This document shows, piece by piece, positions 16,819-23,233 of a stretch of 35,985 bases of DNA. The stretch is from contig MGQF01000050.1 of NCBI GenBank assembly GCA_001797745.1, positions 77,226 to 113,210 of the forward strand, in the 5' to 3' direction. Below the pieces are notes generated by a model. The model was given only the letters and a program-made list of their open reading frames with translations. It did not search any database and was not told the origin of the DNA. Each line of letters begins with the position of its first letter. The stretch's first letter is position 1. A program made the translations under genes and the position numbers. This stretch comes from Deltaproteobacteria bacterium RBG_13_52_11. GTDB lineage: Bacteria; Desulfobacterota; B13-G15; RBG-16-54-18.

Positions 16819-17742
16819 TTAATAATTAACTTTGTCAATGCCCTTAAGCTGAAGTATCTCCCTCGCTTCATCTTCGGTGGCCGGTTCATATCCGAGCTCG
16901 CGGATAATGCGGATGGCCTTCTCAACCTGTTCGGCGCTGCTCTTGGCCAGCACGCCTTTTTCAAGGTAGAGGTTGTCTTCCAGACCTACTCTCCAAAACC
17001 CGCCCTCAAGCACATTGATCACGCCCATGGGGAACTGGAACCTTCCGGCCGCACAAACAGACCATTTAAAGTCTTCACCCAGTAATTTTTTGGCTTCCCT
17101 GATCATGTAGAGCAGGTTGTCTCCGGTAGCAGGAATACCACCAAGGATACCCATGACAAACTGCAAGTAGATCGGTTTTTTGAGGTAGCCCTCTCTTATA
17201 AGCTGGTCAACGTTATTGATCTGTCCTACATCATAGATCTCAATCTCCGGCCGGGTATTCATTTCATTCATGGCCTTTAAGTAGATGTGTAGAGATGCAA
17301 AGTGATTTGAGAAGATAAAGCTCTCTGTCCCTTCAAGATAGGCCTTCTCCCAGGGATACTTGAACTCCTTGACCTTCTGCACCACCGGATACAAGGCAAA
17401 GTTGAGTGACCCGGCATTAAAAGTGGCCATCTCAGGCTTTAATGCGCTCACAACAGCGAGCCTCTCCTGCGGTGTCATGGTCGGACTTCCGCCGGTAGTG
17501 GGAGTTATCACTACCTTTGATTTGGCCTTTATGCCGCTCAAGATCTCCTTGAAGATTTCACCACTGGAAGAAGGAGAGCCGTCCTTAGGGTTCCTGGCGT
17601 GAACATGTACAACGGCAGCGCCCGCATTATGAGATCTCACCGCCTCGTCGATGATATGTTCCGTGCTGAATGGGAGATATTCGGACATTGATGGCGTATG
17701 AATAGCTCCTGTCAGAGCTGCGGTAATGATTACTTTAGACAT
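16819..17742 (-). CDS. BKACE (beta-keto acid cleavage enzyme, DUF849) family protein; candidate triacetate acetoacetate-lyase
   Basis: 307 aa. The N-terminus VIITAALTGAIHTPSMSEYLP and the overall TIM-barrel-type pattern are typical of 3-keto-5-aminohexanoate cleavage enzyme relatives. Confidence 0.8.
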   Translation of the reverse strand: MSKVIITAALTGAIHTPSMSEYLPFSTEHIIDEAVRSHNAGAAVVHVHARNPKDGSPSSSGEIFKEILSGIKAKSKVVITPTTGGSPTMTPQERLAVVSALKPEMATFNAGSLNFALYPVVQKVKEFKYPWEKAYLEGTESFIFSNHFASLHIYLKAMNEMNTRPEIEIYDVGQINNVDQLIREGYLKKPIYLQFVMGILGGIPATGDNLLYMIREAKKLLGEDFKWSVCAAGRFQFPMGVINVLEGGFWRVGLEDNLYLEKGVLAKSSAEQVEKAIRIIRELGYEPATEDEAREILQLKGIDKVNY

Positions 17743-17909
17743 TTCAATCCCTCCTTCATTGAATGTTATGAGATCAATAGCATTATCACCGATCCGCAGG
17801 CCTCATTGCCATCATACCAAAATGACCGTGTGCCGCATAGGTTTTTACATCCTTTAACTCGACTTTTTTTATAATCCTTGGCACCTACTAGTACAGGTAA
17901 AAAATCCTG

Positions 17910-18683
17910 CTATTGATCGCCTTCATCAACAATGGCAACAATCCGGACAATGGACCCATCGCCCTTCTCCCAGCGGATGGGGAAGCCGGCCAGGGTGACC
18001 CTCTTCCCCAGGACCTTGTCAATATCGCCGCCGACATTCTCGTAGCCCATGATGCCGTTACGCAGGAGCAGGTTATGGCACGGCTCCCATTCGGGAAAGT
18101 CTTCCAGCACATCACGCCCGGTCTCCTTTTTGTATTCCTCGCAGACATCCGGCCGTATCGGGTTCTTGCCGTGAACAGGGCCATGGGGGCCGATGGTGGT
18201 GGCGAGGGGATGATCCAGTGCCTGCTGGTCAACGCCGACGCACTTCACGCCCTTAGCGACGAACCACTCGCCCGCTTCTCGGTAGAGGCCGGGGGAGTAG
18301 CAGAAATACTTGGTGCTATCACCCCAATAATGGTGCCAGCCTGTATGAACTATCACCATGTCGCCCTTTTCAATTTTGGGCCTAGCCCTCTCCAGGTCTT
18401 CGGGCATAATCTTTTCCCACTTATTCTTCGGTATATCCACGACGACGCCGGTGCCATAGTACTTTTCCAGGGGGATATCGGCAGTGTACATACCGCCCTC
18501 AAAGACATGGGCCGGTGAATCGGCATGGGTCGTGCAGTGCATGGTGGTCGTGATGACCTGGGAGAGAACCCCAGATTTGGCATGATAATGCATGCGCTCA
18601 ATCTTGACATCGGCAAAATACGGCCACAGGGGTACTTTGTCACCAAAAGGATGGCTTAAATCATATAATTTTACTTTTCCCAC
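17910..18683 (-). CDS. Cyclase-family (kynurenine formamidase / isatin hydrolase-like) metal hydrolase; candidate dihydrophloroglucinol cyclohydrolase
   Basis: 257 aa. HCTTHADSPAH matches the HxGTHxDxPxH metal-binding motif of PF04199-type cyclases. It lies directly downstream of the IclR gene. Confidence 0.75.
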   Translation of the reverse strand: MGKVKLYDLSHPFGDKVPLWPYFADVKIERMHYHAKSGVLSQVITTTMHCTTHADSPAHVFEGGMYTADIPLEKYYGTGVVVDIPKNKWEKIMPEDLERARPKIEKGDMVIVHTGWHHYWGDSTKYFCYSPGLYREAGEWFVAKGVKCVGVDQQALDHPLATTIGPHGPVHGKNPIRPDVCEEYKKETGRDVLEDFPEWEPCHNLLLRNGIMGYENVGGDIDKVLGKRVTLAGFPIRWEKGDGSIVRIVAIVDEGDQ

Positions 18684-18736
18684 AGGTTCACCTCCTACTA
18701 GTTATATTACTCAGACCAACCCATCATATTTTGTAA

Positions 18737-19468
18737 TTATACATTATTATTATAATGGTAATGGAGTTGAGCCGAAATCTTTGTTGCAGTATCCTTCAAT
18801 GGAGAAACAATAGGTGAATCATTATCCCATGTAACCCTCGGAGAGGGTCCGGCAACTACAACAGCTGCCACCGGTTTTTCTTTATAGTTAAATATAGGGG
18901 CACCAACAGCATTAATACCAATGTCGATCTCCTCATTATCGAAAGAGAATCCTTGCCGCCTTATATCTTGTAACTGACGTTGAAACATCTTTGGATCCGT
19001 AATGGTATTCGGAGTAAAACGAGGCATTTGTCCATTGAGAAGGCTGTCCCTGACCTCAGGAGGAGAAAAAGCCAGTATGGCTTTGGCTCCGGCTGCTGCA
19101 TGGATCGGGAGCCTGTCTCCGATGGTGCCAGCAATACGGACCTGTTGAGGTCCCTCAGCAATGTAAGCCATGACTGTACTGTTGCCTACAAGCACTTCAA
19201 AAACAATAGTCTCTTTAAGTGTGCTCCGTAGATCATCAATATATGACTTTGCAATATAAACCAAATTAGTATTGAGAAATTGATTGACAGTCCATCCAAG
19301 ATTGGTAATGGACGGTCCAAGCATGAATTTTTTTGTCTGAGGATTCTGTTGGAGAAAGCCGTACCTCATGAGAATAAGGAGAATTCGAGAGACTGTTGCC
19401 TTATGAAAACCCAATTTCTTACTAATCTCAACGGTCCCCATTTCTTGATTGTATGGGGTAAAGGCCAA
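18737..19468 (-). CDS. IclR family transcriptional regulator (true start probably further upstream, up to 19510)
   Basis: HTH region EISKKLGFHKATVSRILLILMRYGFL plus a C-terminal IclR effector domain. The listed start is a TTG. The frame stays open for 14 more codons (IKKFNSIEKVIEIL) that look like the usual IclR N-terminus. That extension begins at an ATA (19508-19510) placed 6 nt after AGGAG. Confidence 0.85.
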   Translation of the reverse strand: MAFTPYNQEMGTVEISKKLGFHKATVSRILLILMRYGFLQQNPQTKKFMLGPSITNLGWTVNQFLNTNLVYIAKSYIDDLRSTLKETIVFEVLVGNSTVMAYIAEGPQQVRIAGTIGDRLPIHAAAGAKAILAFSPPEVRDSLLNGQMPRFTPNTITDPKMFQRQLQDIRRQGFSFDNEEIDIGINAVGAPIFNYKEKPVAAVVVAGPSPRVTWDNDSPIVSPLKDTATKISAQLHYHYNNNV

Positions 19469-19534
19469 CAGTATTTCTATGACCTTTTCGATGGAATTAA
19501 ATTTCTTTATTTTCGTCTCCTATTATAAGACATG

Positions 19535-19551
19535 GTATCATAATATGATAC
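19535..19551. promoter_or_regulatory. Perfect palindrome GTATCAT-AAT-ATGATAC, candidate IclR auto-operator
   Basis: Read directly. It lies between a sigma70-like promoter and the IclR start region, about where transcription would begin. Confidence 0.45.
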
Positions 19552-19556
19552 AATAT

Positions 19557-19585
19557 TATTTATACATTTTTAATAAAATTGTCAA
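19557..19585 (-). promoter_or_regulatory. Sigma70-like promoter for the IclR-led operon
   Basis: The minus strand reads TTGACA (19580-19585), a 17-nt spacer, then TAAATA (19557-19562). An alternative -10, TATAAA, would give a 15-nt spacer. Confidence 0.4.
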
Positions 19586-19624
19586 GCGAAGTTTTTTTAT
19601 TTGTTTTCAAAAAAAATTTATAGG

Positions 19625-19690
19625 ATGAAGTTCGGTTATCCGGACCTAATATTTTGATAACGGAGCGTTATTAAACGCTTTTCTCTATAT
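19625..19690. repeat. Copy of the dispersed intergenic repeat, longest match to the interior of the 7339 element
   Basis: CGGACCTAATATTTTGATAACGGAGCGTTATTAAACGCTTTTCT aligns with 7357-7400, CGGACCTACTATTTTGATACCGTATTGTCATTAAACGCCCTTCT, at roughly 35 of 44 positions. The 5' part matches 9634-9670. Confidence 0.5.
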
Positions 19691-20053
19691 CTTTATCTTT
19701 TCAATGCAAAAAAACCTTGCAGTTGTGCCTAAAAAAGGAAGCCACGAAAAGGAGACTGGTTTGAGCTCAAAATGGATAACGCTTTTCATGTTTGACTATG
19801 CACATCGGAGATATCTGTAATGTTTGACTTTTGGATCTGACCACAACATGTAGAATAATGATCTAACCATACTTTAAGACTGTTACGAGAAAGGAGCCGA
19901 TCGGGAATTGTTTACCTGAACTTGACAGTAATAGATGTAGACTAAAACTCTTTCAATCATTTGGAGACAAAAATCTTTCTGAGATGCGCGTGATTCACTA
20001 TCCCTCGAGACAACCGAATCCTTGAACCACCATATATTGAGATGCTTTCTTGT

Positions 20054-20082
20054 TTGACAGATAAACCTTATTTCAATATATA
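20054..20082 (+). promoter_or_regulatory. Sigma70-like promoter upstream of the OsmC-like gene
   Basis: TTGACA (20054-20059), a 17-nt spacer, then TATATA (20077-20082), about 40 nt before the ATG at 20124. Confidence 0.45.
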
Positions 20083-20123
20083 AATATCGTCTAGAAAAGA
20101 TGAAATCTTGAAAGGAGAGGAAA

Positions 20124-20594
20124 ATGGGAAAGATTATCCATACATCCAAAATCACCATCACACGGGTTGAGGGCTCAACTCGCAAAGCCTTTGTCGAAGG
20201 ATTCAAAGAACCGATATTCTACGGTGTGCACGGAGGAATTAAGCGATTTTACGGGATTGAGCCGAAAGAAGAACATCCAGCTACCCTTGACCACATCATA
20301 GGGGGTGTGGGAGGGTGAATGATGGGAACCTTGGCTAGGTTTTTGGCCGAGAAAGATATTCCGACCACCGAAGATCGTTACTGTGCCCGTGTGGAAGGCG
20401 ACATTGAAGATGTTAATGGTATCCTCAAAATCACCCGGATAAAAGTCAATTATAATCTTAAGATTCCTCCAGGGAAGGTAAATGATGCCCGCCAGGCATT
20501 CGAGCAGTATCTTCCTTACTGCCCTGGCGCCCAAAGTGTCATCGGCTCTATCCATATCGAGCATGCTTTAAAAATAGAAGAAGAAAAGCTATGA
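20124..20594 (+). CDS. OsmC/Ohr-family peroxiredoxin-like protein with an in-frame UGA (candidate selenocysteine) at the peroxidatic Cys position
   Basis: ORFs 20124-20318 and 20319-20594 are contiguous and in the same frame, separated only by the TGA at 20316-20318. The joined 156-aa product reads ...HPATLDHIIGGVGG[U]MMGTLARFL... and ...YLPYCPGAQSV.... These match the two conserved Cys motifs of OsmC. The RBS GGAGAGG lies before the ATG. Confidence 0.65.
20324..20344 (+). promoter_or_regulatory. Candidate bacterial SECIS hairpin
   Basis: GGGAACCU-UGGCU-AGGUUUUU: five Watson-Crick pairs extended by G-U pairs, with a G-containing apical loop about 17 nt after the UGA. This is within the spacing range usual for bacterial SECIS elements. 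Confidence 0.4.
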
Positions 20595-20617
20595 TCAGAA
20601 TTTTCACAATGTTGTGA

Positions 20618-20746
20618 AAGTTTCTTGACAACCATTGTATGGCTGAATATGTATGGCGTTTCAACCATCGTAGATACTCTCGTACTAAGCAAGTTACTAA
20701 GCTGCTAAAAATGCTTTATAATTACAAACACGTACATAATAATTAG
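20618..20746 (+). pseudogene. Relic of the C-terminus of an IS1595-family (ISXO2-like) transposase
   Basis: The translation is KFLDNHCMAEYVWRFNHRRYSRTKQVTKLLKMLYNYKHVHNN*. The (Y)xxE(Y/F)xxRxNxR motif is the characteristic C-terminal signature of IS1595-type DDE transposases. There is no upstream coding continuation. Confidence 0.45.
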
Positions 20747-20792
20747 TGGCTAAAGTAGCACTTTACCCATCACAATATAGGTTACTTTTGTA

Positions 20793-20820
20793 TTGACACT
20801 TGTCAAGCATGTGCTATAAT
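20793..20820 (+). promoter_or_regulatory. Near-consensus sigma70 promoter whose -35 box is embedded in a palindrome
   Basis: TTGACA (20793-20798), a 16-nt spacer, then TATAAT (20815-20820). The -35 box is part of TTGACA-CT-TGTCAA (20793-20806). Confidence 0.55.
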
Positions 20821-21059
20821 TCTCAAGAACATAATGGCACTAGCTCCTGTTTGAGCGCCGAGGGATGGGTAAATATTATTAATTATTATTTATAATGAAG
20901 ACATACAAGGAACCCGAACCAATGAACCCTGAGAAGTAAACGAGGAGACCCCGGAATTATACAATGGAAACCCATCCTAATTTTTCAGAGGCATAACGTA
21001 AGATTAAACTTACAAATAATTTAAGGAAGGTTAAAAACAATGAAAAAAAGAGGTTAGGT

Positions 21060-21094
21060 GGGGGAAGGAATACAGAAAGTTCCTTTCCCCCTTT
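21060..21094 (+). terminator. Terminator/attenuator-like hairpin just upstream of dctQ2
   Basis: GGGGGAAGGAA-tacagaaag-TTCCTTtCCCCC (11 bp with one bulge), followed by TTTACATTT. It is preceded by a 5-codon mini-ORF, ATG AAA AAA AGA GGT TAG (21040-21057), which has an AAGGAAGG RBS. Confidence 0.4.
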
Positions 21095-21134
21095 ACATTT
21101 ATGAATGAAACTAGAACTGAAAGGGGGTTCTTAC

Positions 21135-21650
21135 ATGGGAAGAAAAAAAGCATATGGAGATCGTAGTAAAGGATTGTTAAATACGGTAAAAGGCGTCAGC
21201 AGCTTTCTTAATATCATTGCAGGGGTCGCTCTCACATTCCTTATGTGTCTCACCATCGCCGACGTTATCTTGAGATTTTTCAGAAGGCCTATTGTTGGTA
21301 CGTACGAACTGGTGGCCTTTTCAGGGGCCGTGGGGATCGGTTTCGCCCTCCCTCTTACCTCCTGGGCGAGGCAGCATATCTTTGTTGATTTTGTGATTAT
21401 GAAGTTTTCACGGAAGGTGAAAGATGCCTTCAACGTTGCTACGAGATGTTTGGTGATAGCGCTATTGTTACTGGTTAGTTGGAACATGTTCAAGTTTGGA
21501 CAGACTTTGCAGAATGCAGGGGAGGTTTCCCCCACGTTACAGATACCCTTTTATCCTATTGCTTACGCAGTGGGGGTTTGCTTCTTCATTCTGTGCCTGG
21601 TGTTCGTGTGCGATATTATAAAAATATCAGGAGGTGAATACGATGTATGA
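21135..21650 (+). CDS. dctQ: TRAP transporter small permease subunit (second copy)
   Basis: DctQ-like protein of about 171 aa with four TM segments. The ATG at 21135 follows AAAGGGGG; the listed 21105 start is less likely. Its stop overlaps the dctM2 start. Confidence 0.8.
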   Translation: MGRKKAYGDRSKGLLNTVKGVSSFLNIIAGVALTFLMCLTIADVILRFFRRPIVGTYELVAFSGAVGIGFALPLTSWARQHIFVDFVIMKFSRKVKDAFNVATRCLVIALLLLVSWNMFKFGQTLQNAGEVSPTLQIPFYPIAYAVGVCFFILCLVFVCDIIKISGGEYDV

Positions 21651-22944
21651 GGTCATGATAGGACTTATTGGCCTGGCAGTATTGTTAGTCTTGTTCCTTA
21701 CAGGGATTGAGTTAGGATTTGCGATGGCATTGATTGGTTTCCTCGGATTCTCTATCATTGTATCCACAAAGGCTGCGTTGAACCTAATCGCCAAGGATTT
21801 TTTTGATGTCTTTGCATCGTACGGGTTCACCGTCATACCCCTCTTTATCCTGATGGGTCAGGTTGCATTCAATGCGGGGATTGCGAGGAGGCTGTTCAAC
21901 ACTGCCTTTAAATTTATTGGCCATGTTCCCGGAGGCTTGGCCATGGCCACGGTGGCAGGTGCAACGGCCTTCAAGGCCATCTGCGGCTCATCACCTGCCA
22001 CGGCTGCCACCTTTGCCAGTGTGGCCGTGCCTGAGATGGATCGATATAAGTATAGCAAGAAGCTATCCACGGGGATTGTGGCTACAGTAGGAACCCTTGG
22101 GGTCCTTATCCCGCCGAGTGTCACCTTGATCGTATTCGGCATCATCACAGAACTGTCCATTGGTAAATTGTTTCTGGCTGGGATCATTCCAGGGCTGATC
22201 ATCGCCTTCTTTTTTATCTGTATCATCTATGTTTGGTGTAAGATCAACCCGAAGTTAGGCCCTAAGGGCAAAAAATCAACGTGGAAGGAAAGGATAGCTT
22301 CCCTTCCAGAGTTTGCAGTGGTCGTTGTTATCTTCGTGCTGATGATATGGGGACTGATGAAGGGGATATTTACCCCAACCGAGGCAGGGAGCGTTGGGAC
22401 CGGATTAGTCCTCCTTGTGTCTGTTGTAAGAAGGGATATCGATTTCAAGGGGTTCCTCAAATCAATCGCAGAATCTTTGCGTACTGCTTGTATGGTCCTG
22501 ACGCTCATCGCAGGTTCTACCATCCTGGGCCATTTTCTCGCCGTGACGAAGCTCCCCATGATTGCGGCCGATTGGGTTGTGGCGCTTCCTCTGAACAAAT
22601 TCATTATTATGATCATAATCAGTTTTATCTATCAAACAGGGGGATCTTTTATTGACGATCTGGCTTTCATGGTGCTTGCCACACCGATCTTTTATCCTGT
22701 GATCATCAAACTGGGTTTTGATCCTATATGGTTCGGCATGATCATTGCGATTACGGTTATGATTGGGGTTGTTATTCCACCGGTGGCGATCAATGTCTTT
22801 GTAGTAAAGAATATCACCAAGGTGCCATTTAGCGTGATTTACAGCGGCGTCTATCCCTTTTTGATCAGTCTTGTGGTTGCCGCCGTGCTGTTGTTCTTCT
22901 TCCCACAAATCGCCCTTTGGCTCCCCAATCTAATGATGAAGTAG
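21643..22944 (+). CDS. dctM: TRAP transporter large permease subunit (second copy, no adjacent dctP)
   Basis: Paralog of the 2807-4105 product, sharing IPPS, FTPTEAGSVG and GFDPIWFGM. The ATG at 21643 lies 8 nt after AGGAGG and forms an ATGTATGA overlap with dctQ2. Confidence 0.9.
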   Translation: MYEVMIGLIGLAVLLVLFLTGIELGFAMALIGFLGFSIIVSTKAALNLIAKDFFDVFASYGFTVIPLFILMGQVAFNAGIARRLFNTAFKFIGHVPGGLAMATVAGATAFKAICGSSPATAATFASVAVPEMDRYKYSKKLSTGIVATVGTLGVLIPPSVTLIVFGIITELSIGKLFLAGIIPGLIIAFFFICIIYVWCKINPKLGPKGKKSTWKERIASLPEFAVVVVIFVLMIWGLMKGIFTPTEAGSVGTGLVLLVSVVRRDIDFKGFLKSIAESLRTACMVLTLIAGSTILGHFLAVTKLPMIAADWVVALPLNKFIIMIIISFIYQTGGSFIDDLAFMVLATPIFYPVIIKLGFDPIWFGMIIAITVMIGVVIPPVAINVFVVKNITKVPFSVIYSGVYPFLISLVVAAVLLFFFPQIALWLPNLMMK

Positions 22945-22951
22945 CAATGGA

Positions 22952-22986
22952 GGGGGAAGGGATGCCCTTTATTCCTTCCCCCTTTT
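22952..22986 (+). terminator. Rho-independent terminator after dctM2
   Basis: GGGGGAAGG-gatgccctttatt-CCTTCCCCC followed by TTTT. The stem and 3' flank closely resemble the hairpin at 21060. Confidence 0.6.
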
Positions 22987-23080
22987 CATTCATGGGATGT
23001 GAAGGAGTAATAGATCACCATATTATTAAACCGAAAGAATTATATTCGATCGGAATATCTTAAGAACGGGGAGTATGCAA

Positions 23081-23212
23081 ATGGATAACTGGACGTTTGG
23101 CATTTCTATGATCGTGGTGGGCATGGGAGGAACACTCTTGACACTTTGGATCTTGAGCCTCATCATGGGCGTTTTGAAAAAGGTTTTCCCTTATAAAGAA
23201 GATAAAAATTAA
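23081..23212 (+). CDS. OadG/GcdD-like small membrane subunit of an Na+-translocating decarboxylase
   Basis: This 43-aa ORF is absent from the supplied track because it is shorter than 60 aa. Its sequence is MDNWTFGISMIVVGMGGTLLTLWILSLIMGVLKKVFPYKEDKN, a single TM helix of the OAD_gamma type. GGGGAG is its RBS, and it sits directly upstream of the beta subunit. Confidence 0.55.
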   Translation: MDNWTFGISMIVVGMGGTLLTLWILSLIMGVLKKVFPYKEDKN

Positions 23213-23233
23213 TAATAAAGGAGATTAAGAGAA

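Noticed and set aside
17913-18518. 201-aa plus-strand ORF, and the 114-aa and 97-aa minus-strand ORFs, inside the cyclase gene
   Set aside because: These are alternative-frame or antisense ORFs within a gene whose own frame has clear family motifs. They show the typical shadow-ORF composition (Ala/Gly/Pro/Arg-rich).
19883-20206. 107-aa minus-strand ORF overlapping the OsmC promoter and start
   Set aside because: The region is AT-rich and the ORF has no RBS. It overlaps the well-supported OsmC-like start on the other strand and has no recognisable domain.
20860-20980. Possible riboswitch or sRNA in the long leader upstream of dctQ2
   Set aside because: Only a loose long-range pairing and AT-rich sequence were seen, and I recognised no known riboswitch consensus. 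It is kept as part of the leader finding rather than called as an ncRNA feature.
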